Notes: generated by a model not told the origin, from the letters alone. A DNA stretch of 64,000 nt from Eubacterium sp. (GCA_017459945.1 JAFUBZ010000017.1:23258-87257); one strand, 5' to 3'. Shown: positions 19,846 through 30,624, numbered from the stretch's first letter. Numbers and translations are program-made.

Positions 19846-20874
19846 ATGAGGACAGTTACATTAGGGAGTACAGGGATCACTGTGCCGAAAAATGCGTTTG
19901 GCGCGCTGCCGATCCAGCGTGTTTCGGAAGAGGATGCCGTTAGGATCCTGCGCAGAGCGTATGACGGTGGCATGCGGTTTTTTGATACGGCGAGAGCCTA
20001 TACAGACAGTGAGAAAAAGCTGGGAATGGCGTTTGCAGGAATGCGCGACAAGGTCTATATTTCCAGCAAAACGATGGCAAGAACGCCGGAGGATTTCTGG
20101 AAGCAGCTCGAAGAATCTCTGAAAATGCTGCAGACGGATTACATTGATATTTACCAGTTCCATATGGTGCCACAGTGTTATCGGCCGGGTGACGGGACAG
20201 GGCTTTATGAGTGCATGCTTGAAGCGAAAGAAAAAGGCATGATCCGCCACATCGGCGTTACGGCGCATCTTTTGCATGTGGCACAGGAGATTGCGGAATC
20301 CGGATTATATGAGACACTGCAGTTCCCGTTAAGCTATTTGTCTTCGCCGGAAGATGAAGCACTTGCAAGGCGGTGTGCAGAAAACAATATGGGATTCATC
20401 GTGATGAAGGCGCTTGCGGGCGGACTGATCCGCAATGCGGATGCAGCGATGGCATATCTGCTTCCGTTTGATAATGCGTTGCCGATCTGGGGCGTCCAGA
20501 AGGATGAGGAGCTCGAAGAATGGCTGGCATTTATGGATCATGAGCCGGAGATGACGGATGAGATCCGTGCGTTCATCGAGCAGGAACGGAAAGAGCTGTC
20601 AGGGTCATTTTGCCGGGGCTGCGGATATTGCCTGTCAGCATGTCCGCAGGATATTGCGATTAACAACTGCGCAAGGATGTCGCTGATGCTTCGCCGCGCA
20701 CCGTCAGCATACTGGCTGAGTGAACCGATGCAGGAGAAGATGCAGGAGATCGAAAACTGCATCGAGTGCCGTGCATGTGAGACACAATGTCCGTATCATT
20801 TGCCAATTCCGGAACTGCTGCGTGAAAACTATGATGACTACAAAAAAGTTCTTTCCGGAGAGAGAACCGTTTAA
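19846..20874 (+). CDS. Aldo/keto reductase with C-terminal 2x[4Fe-4S] domain
   Basis: FDTARAY, LQTDYIDIYQFH, CRGCGYC..CP, CIECRAC..CP. Confidence 0.88.
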   Translation: MRTVTLGSTGITVPKNAFGALPIQRVSEEDAVRILRRAYDGGMRFFDTARAYTDSEKKLGMAFAGMRDKVYISSKTMARTPEDFWKQLEESLKMLQTDYIDIYQFHMVPQCYRPGDGTGLYECMLEAKEKGMIRHIGVTAHLLHVAQEIAESGLYETLQFPLSYLSSPEDEALARRCAENNMGFIVMKALAGGLIRNADAAMAYLLPFDNALPIWGVQKDEELEEWLAFMDHEPEMTDEIRAFIEQERKELSGSFCRGCGYCLSACPQDIAINNCARMSLMLRRAPSAYWLSEPMQEKMQEIENCIECRACETQCPYHLPIPELLRENYDDYKKVLSGERTV

Positions 20875-20876
20875 GG

Positions 20877-20905
20877 ACGAGGTGCCAGGCACCGTCGTAC
20901 GTTAA
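20877..20905. repeat. REP-like element, family B (single unit)
   Basis: acgaggtgccaggcaccgtcgtacgttaa between convergent genes; same core at 21425 and 38203. Confidence 0.65.
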
Positions 20906-20928
20906 TGCGGAAAAGCGCCTGCTACAAA

Positions 20929-21408
20929 TCAGTCGGTTGTCACATCCGCATAGGTGAAATCAAGCGCCTTTTTTAAATCCTCGGGAGAGAGGCAGATCTG
21001 TCTGCCGAGCTTCCCGGCACTGACATAAAACGTTTCCAGTTCTTTTGCGGAGCTGTGAATGAATGTCGGGAATACTTTTTTCATACCAAGAGGGGAGCAG
21101 CCTCCATGGACATAGCCTGTCGTGGGGAGCAGCTCCTTTTGTTTTAACATACTGATCGACTTTTCTCCTGCGGCTTTGGCCGCTTTTTTCAGGTCAAGCT
21201 CCGATGCAACCGGAATCACAAAGACATAGTGCTGCCCGGATTTTGCCCGTGTTACCAGTGTCTTATAGACAGTAGAAACATCCTCATGAAGAATCCCTGC
21301 GATCTCGGTTCCGCTCATCGTGGGATCCTGCTCATAGGAAAAACTTTCGTATGGGATCTTCGCCCGTTCTAAAATACGCATCGCATTTGTTTTATCATTA
21401 TTTTTCAT
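20929..21408 (-). CDS. ybaK: Cys-tRNA(Pro) deacylase
   Basis: KTNAMRIL, YKTLV, TGYVHGGCSPLG, SAGKLG. Confidence 0.9.
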   Translation of the reverse strand: MKNNDKTNAMRILERAKIPYESFSYEQDPTMSGTEIAGILHEDVSTVYKTLVTRAKSGQHYVFVIPVASELDLKKAAKAAGEKSISMLKQKELLPTTGYVHGGCSPLGMKKVFPTFIHSSAKELETFYVSAGKLGRQICLSPEDLKKALDFTYADVTTD

Positions 21409-21424
21409 CTATCTAATCCTCCAG

Positions 21425-21505
21425 AGGGGTCAGGCACCTTCACGCGTTAATTCGCTGAGGTGCCAGGCGCCTTCACACGTTAAAGCACGAAGGTGCCTGA
21501 CCCCT
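21425..21505. repeat. REP-like/BIME-like cluster, family B (3 units)
   Basis: 17-bp perfect inverted ends aggggtcaggcaccttc / gaaggtgcctgacccct plus internal ggtgccaggcgccttcac. Confidence 0.75.
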
Positions 21506-21596
21506 TTTCTAAAATTTTACCATACTTTAACGGAAAAATGACGGAGAATAGATTATAATAGTGAAATCGAAATTAAAATGAATTGAGGAAACGATT

Positions 21597-22187
21597 ATGA
21601 TAAGCAGTTTATTGGTATATTTGAAAAAAGAGAGTATGGTTGCCGCAATCACTTGTATTGCGGTGGGCGTTTTGTTTATTGCGTGGCCGGGCGGCTTGTT
21701 GACACTGTTGCTTCGTATCCTGGCGCTGGTACTTCTGGTTGAGGGCGTGATCTGCCTGATGCGCCTGTTAAAGAGTCAGGACAGTCTGCAGAGAAATTCC
21801 TACGCACTGCCGATGGCGGCGTGTATCTTCGTGGGATTGTTGCTGCTTGCCGCACCAAGGTTTGTTGCAGGCATTTTTCCGGTGATCATAGGACTGTTTT
21901 TGCTGTTCCATGGATTGAAAGGCATCGCGACGGCGAGACACGGTTCCCGTTCGACGATGGGCGGAACGTTGGGCTCGATCATTATGATGATCGTCGGCAT
22001 TTTGCTGATCGCAAGACCGTTTGGCGCATTAAAGGTTCTGATGGTGTTTGTCGGGATCGCGCTGGTGTACGATGGTATTGTCATGTTCCGGCTGACGGGA
22101 GGCGTTTCGGAAAAGGCGAGACAATTCCGTGAGGGACATGATAAAAACGTCATCGATGTAGACTATAAAGAGGAAGATATCGACTGA
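21597..22187 (+). CDS. HdeD/DUF308 family membrane protein
   Basis: Repeated hydrophobic hairpins of G-hydrophobic-P pattern; C-terminal VIDVDYKE. Confidence 0.7.
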   Translation: MISSLLVYLKKESMVAAITCIAVGVLFIAWPGGLLTLLLRILALVLLVEGVICLMRLLKSQDSLQRNSYALPMAACIFVGLLLLAAPRFVAGIFPVIIGLFLLFHGLKGIATARHGSRSTMGGTLGSIIMMIVGILLIARPFGALKVLMVFVGIALVYDGIVMFRLTGGVSEKARQFREGHDKNVIDVDYKEEDID

Positions 22188-22193
22188 TCAGGG

Positions 22194-22223
22194 TTTACAA
22201 GAAAAGCTGATCTGTGCTATCAT
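22194..22223 (+). promoter_or_regulatory. Putative sigmaA promoter of the TPP-riboswitch operon
   Basis: TTTACA-18bp-TATCAT with extended TG, about 20 nt upstream of the aptamer. Confidence 0.55.
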
Positions 22224-22243
22224 CATATAGTCAAATGAATTCA

Positions 22244-22330
22244 AAGCTAGGGGAGCGGCAGCTGAGAATGCGGGAACATTCCCGCGTACCCTTATTACCT
22301 GATCTGGATAACACCAGCGTAGGGAAGCAA
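22244..22330 (+). ncRNA. TPP (THI-box) riboswitch aptamer
   Basis: gctaggggagc..gctgaga..(P3 gcgggaa/ttcccgc)..acccttattacctgatctggataacaccagcgtagggaagc: the conserved GGGG, CTGAGA, ACCC, ACCTGAT, GATAA, AGCGTAGGGAA elements are all present. Confidence 0.95.
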
Positions 22331-22381
22331 GTAGAGAATGAATGGATCTGAAATCATTCGACTCGAAAAGATAGGATATGC

Positions 22382-22414
22382 AGGGCTGTCGCATGAAATG
22401 CGGCAGCCCTTTTT
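22382..22414 (+). terminator. Intrinsic terminator, likely riboswitch expression platform
   Basis: agggctgtcgcat-gaa-atgcggcagccct-tttt between aptamer and first ORF. Confidence 0.8.
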
Positions 22415-22477
22415 GTGCGATAAGGCCGACGTAAAAAATGAGCCATGCACAGACAAACTGCATAAAGGAAAATAAAA

Positions 22478-23347
22478 ATGCAAACTTACGAAACCCTTCG
22501 ACAACTGCATCCATGTCTGGGCGAGCGCCCTGGGAACAATGGGAGGATCCATCTTCCGGTCAGCCCGATCTGTAATCTGAGTTGCCGGTATTGTAAGAGG
22601 TCTCTGACAGACACCAGCGAGCGTCCGGGAACAAGCAGAAGGATCCTGCCGGTGGAGGATACCGTAAAAGTCATCCGCAAAGCACGCCTGCTTTGCCCGG
22701 AGCTGACAACGGTCGGGATCGCTGGCCCCGGAGAGGCGTTAGCGTCACCGCACGCGATCGAGGCCTTCCGTCTGGTGGATGCGCATTTTCCGGACATGAT
22801 CAAGTGCCTGAGTACGAATGGCCTGATGCTGAATGAAAAAGCAGAGGAACTGCTCCGGGTGCATATGGATTCTGTCACGGTTACGGTGAACGCAGTAGAG
22901 CCCTCGATCCAGACACAGATCAACAAACGGATCTTTTTCCATAATGAGTGGATGGAGGGAGAAGAAGCGGCAGAGATCCTGATTGAAAATCAGCTTGCCG
23001 GGATCAGAAAGCTCTCGGAGGCAGGTGTGACAGTAAAGATCAACACGGTACTGATTCCGGGGATCAATGATTCGCATATTGAAACCATTGCAAAAACCGT
23101 AGCAGAGAACGGCGCGAAGATCTACAACATCATTCCGCTGATTCCACAGGCGGACATGGCCAGAATTCCGGCACCGGGATGCAATGAGATCGACCGGGCA
23201 CGTCTGGCGGCGGGACAGTATCTGGACATTTTCTCCCATTGCAGGCATTGTCGGGCGGATGCGGTCGGCAGACTCGGAGGAGAAGACTTCGGATCGCAGA
23301 TTTACGGGAATCTGGCGCTGGAGCCGGCCCATTTTTCCCATGGTTGA
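22478..23347 (+). CDS. nifB: NifB-type radical SAM protein (stand-alone, no NifX domain)
   Basis: NifB fingerprints HPC, CNLSCRYC, ERPG, AGPGE, STNG, TVTVN, CRHCRADAVG; ends FSHG. Confidence 0.88.
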   Translation: MQTYETLRQLHPCLGERPGNNGRIHLPVSPICNLSCRYCKRSLTDTSERPGTSRRILPVEDTVKVIRKARLLCPELTTVGIAGPGEALASPHAIEAFRLVDAHFPDMIKCLSTNGLMLNEKAEELLRVHMDSVTVTVNAVEPSIQTQINKRIFFHNEWMEGEEAAEILIENQLAGIRKLSEAGVTVKINTVLIPGINDSHIETIAKTVAENGAKIYNIIPLIPQADMARIPAPGCNEIDRARLAAGQYLDIFSHCRHCRADAVGRLGGEDFGSQIYGNLALEPAHFSHG

Positions 23348-23390
23348 TCAATAGACAGCAACAGGTGAGCATAAATAGTAGAGGGAGGAA

Positions 23391-24434
23391 ATGAAAATGT
23401 TCAAAAAAACGATCGGATTGGCACTGGCATCAGTTTTGGCAATAGGCCTTTTGACGGCCTGCGGCAGTACCGGAAACAGTGGCACACAGGCATCTGGACA
23501 GGCTGAATCAGGCGCGGGCGACGCATCTTTAAAACAGGTGACGATGATCCTTGACTGGACACCGAACACCAACCATACAGGAATCTATGTTGCAAAAGAA
23601 CTTGGCTACTATGAGGAAGCAGGACTCGATGTTTCCATTGAGCTTCCGTCTGACGGAACCGGAACCCAGCTTGTCGGAGCGGGAAAAGGTGACTTTGGAA
23701 TCGGCAATACAGAGGATGTCATCAATGCGATCTCACTGGATGATCCGATGCCGGTAGAGAGTGTGGCGGCGATCATCCAGCATAACACATCCGGATTTGT
23801 TTCCTTAAAAGAAGACGGGATCGAGTCGCCGGCTGACTGGGAAGGCAAGACCTACGGCGGATATGGTGGATCAACGGAAGAAAAGATCGTAAGAACCATT
23901 GCGGAAAACAATGGCGTGGATCCGGATTCGATCAAGTTCGTCACCTTGGGAGACAGTGATACGCTGACTTCTTTGAAAAAGGACATCGATTTTATCTGGG
24001 TATTTGAAGCGGCAGAGCTGATCAGCCTGGACAACCAGGGCGTGGAATACAATTATCTGCCGGTACGCGAGTATGGAGAAGCATTTGACTATTATACGCC
24101 GTGCCTGATCGCAAATACCAAAATGGCTGAGAAAGACCCGGAAATGGTAAATGCATTTGTGAACGCGACGGCTAAGGGGTATGAATATGCGATCGAGAAT
24201 CCGGAGGAAGCGGCAAAAATCCTTTTGGAAGCAGAGCCTGAACTGGATGAGTATATTGTGACGGAAGGGCAGAAGTATCTCTCAGAACGTTATGCGCTGG
24301 ATGCGCCGCAGTGGGGCTATCAGGATGCCGCGGTATGGCAGAGATATGCGGACTTCCTTTATCAGAATGCGCTGATTGAAAACGAAGTAGATGTCAACAC
24401 AGCATTTACAAATGAGTATTTACCGGAATCTTAA
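23391..24434 (+). CDS. ABC substrate-binding lipoprotein, NMT1/THI5 (ThiY-like)
   Basis: Lipobox LTAC; LDWTPNTNHTGIYVA; QHNTSG; DYYTP; downstream of TPP riboswitch. Confidence 0.85.
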   Translation: MKMFKKTIGLALASVLAIGLLTACGSTGNSGTQASGQAESGAGDASLKQVTMILDWTPNTNHTGIYVAKELGYYEEAGLDVSIELPSDGTGTQLVGAGKGDFGIGNTEDVINAISLDDPMPVESVAAIIQHNTSGFVSLKEDGIESPADWEGKTYGGYGGSTEEKIVRTIAENNGVDPDSIKFVTLGDSDTLTSLKKDIDFIWVFEAAELISLDNQGVEYNYLPVREYGEAFDYYTPCLIANTKMAEKDPEMVNAFVNATAKGYEYAIENPEEAAKILLEAEPELDEYIVTEGQKYLSERYALDAPQWGYQDAAVWQRYADFLYQNALIENEVDVNTAFTNEYLPES

Positions 24435-24435
24435 A

Positions 24436-25185
24436 ATGAAGAAAGATAAAAGTAACATTTTTTACCCGGTCATCACGATCGTCATAGCCGTGATCGTCTG
24501 GGAACTGGTGGTGCGGATTTTCCATATTCCGTCTTATATCCTGCCGGGGCCCATTCAGGTCATTGCGGCTCTGATCAAAGAGTTCCCATTGATCCTGTAC
24601 CATGCGGCGGCGACGATCGGCGAGGGCGCGATCGGAATCGGCATATCGATTGTGATCTCGATCCTGATCGCGATCTGGATGGACCGGTTTCCAACTGCAA
24701 AAAAGACAGTTTATCCGCTGATGGTGATCTCGCAGACGGTTCCCGTCATGGCGATTGCGCCGCTTTTGATCATCTGGTTTGGGTTTGGGATGTCACCAAA
24801 GATCATCCTGGTGGTCATCATGTGCTTTTTCCCGATCACAGTGAATCTGACGGATGGGTTTGCGCAGGTTGACAGGGACGCGCTAAATATGTTTCACGTC
24901 TGGAACGCATCCGACAGCCAGATCTACCGGCATTTGAAATTCCCGTTTGCGCTGCCGTATTTTTTCTCGGGGCTTCGGATTTCCGTGACCTGGATGCTGG
25001 TTGCGGCCATTTTGTCGGAGTGGCTCGGCGGCGACAGGGGAATCGGTGTCTATATGCTGCGTGCAAAACAGGCATACGCATTGGATAAGGTATTTGCTTC
25101 GGTGGTATTTGTCGTTTTATTGAGCCTGATCATCATCGGTGTGTTAAACCTGATCCGCAATAAATGCATACGTTGGAACGGATGA
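24436..25185 (+). CDS. ABC permease (ThiX/SsuC-like)
   Basis: SQTVPVMAIAPLLIIWFGFG, FALPYFFSGLRI, EWLGG. Confidence 0.88.
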   Translation: MKKDKSNIFYPVITIVIAVIVWELVVRIFHIPSYILPGPIQVIAALIKEFPLILYHAAATIGEGAIGIGISIVISILIAIWMDRFPTAKKTVYPLMVISQTVPVMAIAPLLIIWFGFGMSPKIILVVIMCFFPITVNLTDGFAQVDRDALNMFHVWNASDSQIYRHLKFPFALPYFFSGLRISVTWMLVAAILSEWLGGDRGIGVYMLRAKQAYALDKVFASVVFVVLLSLIIIGVLNLIRNKCIRWNG

Positions 25186-25946
25186 GGACGGAAAACGAGG
25201 CCGTAACGGAACGGACGAGACTTAAAATGAGAGAAAAAAAGATTGCGCTGAAGGACATTTGCAAAAGCTTTGGCGAAAAAGATGTTTTAAATAAAATATC
25301 ATTGGATGTCTGTGCGGGAGAGCATGTGACCGTGCTTGGGCCTTCCGGCTGTGGGAAAAGTACGATGATGAACATCCTGACAGGGATCATGCCCGCAGAC
25401 AGTGGGACGGTGGACGTGCAGGGAAAAGTCGGATATATGCAGCAAAAGGATCTGCTTTTGCCGTGGAAGACCTGTCTGGAAAATGTAATCCTGCCGGATC
25501 TTCTGGCAGGCGTTTCGAAAGAAGAAGCGGCCAAACGTGCAATTCCGTTTTTTAAGGAATTTCAGCTGGACGGGTTTGAACAGAACTATCCGCGCGAGAT
25601 GTCGGGCGGCATGCGCCAGCGGGCAAGCTTCCTGCGGACGTTTTTATCCTGTGGTGACATATTGCTTTTGGATGAGCCGTTCGGTGCGGTGGATTCGATT
25701 ACCAGAGGGAATCTGCAGCAGTGGCTGATCGATGTGACAGCCAGACTTGGACTGACGATTCTGATGATCACACATGACATTGATGAGGCGATCCTTTTGT
25801 CTGACAGGATCTATGTCCTTTCGGACAAACCGGCAGCGATCCGGGATGAGATCATCGTGGAATTTTCTGCAGACGAAAAAAAGGACCGGCTATTTGATCC
25901 GGCATTTTTGGAAATCAAAAAACGGATATTGGAGGATTTGATGTAA
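25182..25946 (+). CDS. ABC ATP-binding protein (ThiZ/SsuB-like)
   Basis: GPSGCGKS, MSGGMRQR, LLLDEPF, ITHD; ATGA overlap with permease stop. Confidence 0.9.
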   Translation: MRTENEAVTERTRLKMREKKIALKDICKSFGEKDVLNKISLDVCAGEHVTVLGPSGCGKSTMMNILTGIMPADSGTVDVQGKVGYMQQKDLLLPWKTCLENVILPDLLAGVSKEEAAKRAIPFFKEFQLDGFEQNYPREMSGGMRQRASFLRTFLSCGDILLLDEPFGAVDSITRGNLQQWLIDVTARLGLTILMITHDIDEAILLSDRIYVLSDKPAAIRDEIIVEFSADEKKDRLFDPAFLEIKKRILEDLM

Positions 25947-27490
25947 TGGCAGTAGATTTAAGACTGGATGAACCTCCTGTCAGAGAAACGAGGACCAGAT
26001 CGATCGTGACCTATAACGGTTCACTGAAGGATCTGACAAAGCAGGGGTGTGACGGATGCCTGAAAAATAAAAACAGATGTTTTACGACGGGGACGTACTG
26101 TTCCCATCTGACGGCGATCACATCGGTTTTAGGACTGCCGGACACACTGGTCGTGGACCATGCGCCCATCGGATGCTGCGGCGTGGAGATGATCTTTTCG
26201 GGCGGTTATAGCTTAAACCAGCCGGGACCGGGCGGAGCATACCGTGACAATGTCCGTATGTTTACGACAAAGTTTACGGAATCGGATACGGTTTTCGGTG
26301 CGGCGGAAAAGCTAAAAAGTACGGTGCGCGGCGCATTTGAGCGACACCATCCCAAAGAGATCTATATCGCGACTAGCTGCACGTCTGCGATCATCGGAGA
26401 GGACGTCGGCGCGGTTGCAGCAGAGATGACAGAAGAGCTCGGAATCCCGGTCACGATGCTCGGGGCTGCGGGAATGCGTTCTAAGCTGTGGTCTACAGGG
26501 TTTGACGCATTTTTCCATTCAACCGGAAAAGCACGGTTTAAAGCACCGGAAAAAAAAGAGGATACGATCATCTATGCAGGGTTTGCCTCCATCGCACAGG
26601 AGACGGTTGTGCCGATCTTTAAAAAACTCGGTCTGGACATGCTGTTTTTAACGGCAGGCAGCACGATCGAAGACTATGAGCGTGCATCGCAGGCGCGGGT
26701 TTCGTTCGGGCAGTGTGATGTGGATGATTCGTATATCTTGAGCTATCTGGAGCAGAACTACGGTGTGAAATATTTTCATATCCATCAGCCAAACGGCGGG
26801 ATCGGATTTGAGCGCTTCATGCGGGATCTGGGTGCATATCTGAAAAAAGAAGAGACCGTGGAAGAGATCATCCGGGAAGAGCGGGAAAAATACGCGGCAA
26901 AGATCGATGCGCTTCGGCCATTGCTTGCCGGCAAAACAGCATTGGTGGCATTGGGTTCCGGATATGTCTTTGAAATGGTGCGCATGTTAAAGGAGCTTGG
27001 CATGGAAGCAGTCCATGCGGTTTCGTATCATTATGATCCTCTGACGGACGCTTCTCCTGACAGAAACGCCCGTACGCCGGTTGCGGATGTCAGGGAGCTT
27101 GGGATGGATGTGTCCGTGAGCGTCAGCAATGCACAGCAGATGGAGGTATATCTGGCAGTCAAAAAATACAAACCGGACATCGTGATCACCAGAGCGCACG
27201 GCGCGGGATGCTGGGCGGCCAAGGTCGGCGTGCCCTGCCTGGACCCGGGACTTGGGATCAACATTGTCGGATACAGAGGACTGTATCTGTTCGCGGATGC
27301 GCTGGCGGCAAGCTTCCGGAATACGGCGGTATTCGATGCGATGAAGGCGCGGTACCAGTCTCCGTTTACGGAAGTATTTGAAGCGCTGCCGCCTACACGC
27401 TTTTATGAAAAAGGCGGAGACGAAAGCGGGACAGGACGCTGTCACGGGCGCGGAGACGGAAGCGGAATGGGCTGCCGGCATGGTATGTAA
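25946..27490 (+). CDS. Nitrogenase component-1 alpha-like protein (NifD/NflD/MarD-like)
   Basis: P-cluster-type Cys (TYCS, HAPIGC, ATSCTSAIIGEDV), FTESDTVFGA, candidate cofactor ligands GQC and RAHG. Confidence 0.82.
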   Translation: MAVDLRLDEPPVRETRTRSIVTYNGSLKDLTKQGCDGCLKNKNRCFTTGTYCSHLTAITSVLGLPDTLVVDHAPIGCCGVEMIFSGGYSLNQPGPGGAYRDNVRMFTTKFTESDTVFGAAEKLKSTVRGAFERHHPKEIYIATSCTSAIIGEDVGAVAAEMTEELGIPVTMLGAAGMRSKLWSTGFDAFFHSTGKARFKAPEKKEDTIIYAGFASIAQETVVPIFKKLGLDMLFLTAGSTIEDYERASQARVSFGQCDVDDSYILSYLEQNYGVKYFHIHQPNGGIGFERFMRDLGAYLKKEETVEEIIREEREKYAAKIDALRPLLAGKTALVALGSGYVFEMVRMLKELGMEAVHAVSYHYDPLTDASPDRNARTPVADVRELGMDVSVSVSNAQQMEVYLAVKKYKPDIVITRAHGAGCWAAKVGVPCLDPGLGINIVGYRGLYLFADALAASFRNTAVFDAMKARYQSPFTEVFEALPPTRFYEKGGDESGTGRCHGRGDGSGMGCRHGM

Positions 27491-27566
27491 AAGACGGCAT
27501 GGGAGACTGCGAAAATAAGCAGTGCTGACCACAACCTGTGGCCGGACGACGTTTGAGGGAATGGAT

Positions 27567-28937
27567 ATGGAAGAAAAAAAGGAATATGCCTGTCCGGAGC
27601 AGCAACGTGTCGGGTGTGCTCTGGCAGGAATCTATACGGCACTTTCCATTGAAGGGGTTTTGCCGATCATGCACAGCGGGCCGGGCTGTATCCATGCGAT
27701 CAGTTCCGTTTTGTCTGTCGCAAACGGCGGACAGAATCCTGTCCCCTATATGGAGTCCGTAGTGCCGAGCAGCAACTTAAGCGAAGCGGAAGTGGTGTTC
27801 GGCGCTTCTGATAAATTAAAAAGTGTATTGGAGCATTCGCTTCAGTATTACAAGGCAGAGATTTTTATGCTGGTGACAGGCTGTTCTGCCGAGATCATCG
27901 GTGAGGATGTCGGAGAGATCGCGGAGCAGTACACCACGCCGGAAAAGACGGTACTGCACGTTGCACTGCCGGGCTTTAAGGGAAACAATGTCTGGGGCCA
28001 CCATCAGGTGCTCTCTGCGCTGATCGACGGATATGTTAGTGAATACGGCGAGACAGAAGTCGTTCCAAAACGGGTCAATGTCTGGGGTGTGGTTCCACAT
28101 TACGATCCGATGTGGGTCGGGACGCTTGAAAAACTGGAAACGTTGCTTCGGAGGATCGGACTGGAGCCTAACATCATTTACGGGCCGGGACGAGGAATTG
28201 ATGCTTTAAAAAAGATCCCGACGGCGGAATACAATCTCGTGCTTGCGCCATGGACAGATCTGGATATCGCAAAAAAACTGGAGCGGACATTCGGAACGCC
28301 GTATATTCATTTTCCATATATGCCGATCGGCCCGACGGCAGAGGCAGAGCTGATCCGGACGCTTGCGGAGACATTTGATCTGGATCCGGTTCTGACAGAA
28401 TCCGTGATCAAAGAACGCGCGGACCGGTATTTTTACTATTTTAACCGGAATCTGGTATGGATTTTTGATATGCATAACCAGCGAAGCCTTCCGAGGGAGT
28501 TTTTTGCGAATGCATCTGCGTCGGCAGCACTTTCGATCACGAAGTACTTTGTCAGTGACCTGGGATTAAGTCCGCGCAGGATCTATATTCCGGAGGATGT
28601 GCCCAAAAAACATCGTAAAACAGTGAAAAAGCTGTTTCTGGAAACAGCAGGTGAATACCTGACGGAAGAAGATATCATTTTCACAGATGACGGTGGACTG
28701 TTTGAACAGTATTTAAAAGACGTGGATCAGATGGTGCGAAAGAGTGCGGTGATCGGATCGATCTGGGATGATATCACGGCGAAGAAAGCAAATATGCCAT
28801 TCGTTTCCGTGTGTGCGCCTTATGGAGACGTGCTGGTCTGCGATAAGCAGTACTTTGGAACAGACGGGGCACTGACACTGATGGCAGATCTTTATAACGA
28901 TGCGGAAAAGAAAGGGCTTGTGAGCGCAGTGGTGTAG
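27567..28937 (+). CDS. Nitrogenase component-1 beta-like protein (NifK/NflK/MarK-like)
   Basis: GCALAG, MHSGPGC, LSEAEVVFGA, TGCSAEIIGEDV, PGFKG; gaggga RBS. Confidence 0.82.
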   Translation: MEEKKEYACPEQQRVGCALAGIYTALSIEGVLPIMHSGPGCIHAISSVLSVANGGQNPVPYMESVVPSSNLSEAEVVFGASDKLKSVLEHSLQYYKAEIFMLVTGCSAEIIGEDVGEIAEQYTTPEKTVLHVALPGFKGNNVWGHHQVLSALIDGYVSEYGETEVVPKRVNVWGVVPHYDPMWVGTLEKLETLLRRIGLEPNIIYGPGRGIDALKKIPTAEYNLVLAPWTDLDIAKKLERTFGTPYIHFPYMPIGPTAEAELIRTLAETFDLDPVLTESVIKERADRYFYYFNRNLVWIFDMHNQRSLPREFFANASASAALSITKYFVSDLGLSPRRIYIPEDVPKKHRKTVKKLFLETAGEYLTEEDIIFTDDGGLFEQYLKDVDQMVRKSAVIGSIWDDITAKKANMPFVSVCAPYGDVLVCDKQYFGTDGALTLMADLYNDAEKKGLVSAVV

Positions 28938-28959
28938 AAGGTTGTGAGAGAAATCTTAT

Positions 28960-28988
28960 TTGCAACCACTGTAGACGAACGATATACT
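28960..28988 (+). promoter_or_regulatory. Internal sigmaA-like promoter upstream of nifH
   Basis: TTGCAA-17bp-TATACT in the 96-bp gap. Confidence 0.6.
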
Positions 28989-29024
28989 CGATAGGCAGGC
29001 TGAATACAGGATGAAAAGGAATAG

Positions 29025-29861
<837 letters not shown>

Positions 29862-29903
29862 TCGGACAAGGATGGAGAAACGCATCCGTCTTGATCCGCG
29901 GAA

Positions 29904-30452
29904 TTAATTCGTTTGTTTCAAATCAACCGGTTCATATTCCTGGAGCGGCGCAAGGAATCCTTTTTCTGAAAGTCGTTCCTGGATCAGATCCAGTGTTTCC
30001 TCACTGGGTGCTAAAACAGTATGATAATGATATCCGCTCGTGACATTTTTTAAGAGGCTTGAGCTGCCGGAGGCAATCTTTTCTAAGAACTTCCGCACAT
30101 CCTCCCGCGAGCGGATGTTCATGTCCGCACGAACGGTGCCGTACACTTTATGATAAATAAAAACATCTTTCACGATGCCGCCACAGTCGACGATCAGACT
30201 TAATTCATCAGAGACTTCTTCGTCTGTATGACGGAGCTTAAAAACGCGTTTTTCTTCTTTTGTCTGGTCGGGCAGGACATAACCAAGATTTGTTGAGATG
30301 ATATTTGTCCCTTTGGCGCGCAGCAGGCCGACGTCCTGCACAATGATCTGGCGGCTGACGCCTAATTCCTTTGCGAGAGCGCTGCCGGAAAGGGCCTTGT
30401 CACTTTCTTCTAATTTTTGGATGATCCTGTTTCTTCTTTCTGCGGCATTCAT
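29904..30452 (-). CDS. niaR: Niacin-responsive repressor NiaR (HTH_11 + 3H domain)
   Basis: GVSRQIIVQDVGLLRA, HTDEE, HKVYG, SGYHYHTV. Confidence 0.85.
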   Translation of the reverse strand: MNAAERRNRIIQKLEESDKALSGSALAKELGVSRQIIVQDVGLLRAKGTNIISTNLGYVLPDQTKEEKRVFKLRHTDEEVSDELSLIVDCGGIVKDVFIYHKVYGTVRADMNIRSREDVRKFLEKIASGSSSLLKNVTSGYHYHTVLAPSEETLDLIQERLSEKGFLAPLQEYEPVDLKQTN

Positions 30453-30624
30453 CTGAAATTGTCCTCCCCTTCAACAATCAATTTCATGCGAAATCTGTTA
30501 TTTGCAGATCCGGGCCTACGAGTCGTGCTGAAAATATGTGCTTCTGCCTGAGTTGATGATACTTCTGACTCTGACTATACCATATGTTAACAGGGGTGAC
30601 AAGACAGGTGTAAACTTAAAAGTT

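Noticed and set aside
22188-22552. Minus-strand ORFs across the leader region
   Set aside because: They overlap the TPP riboswitch and terminator and have no protein features.
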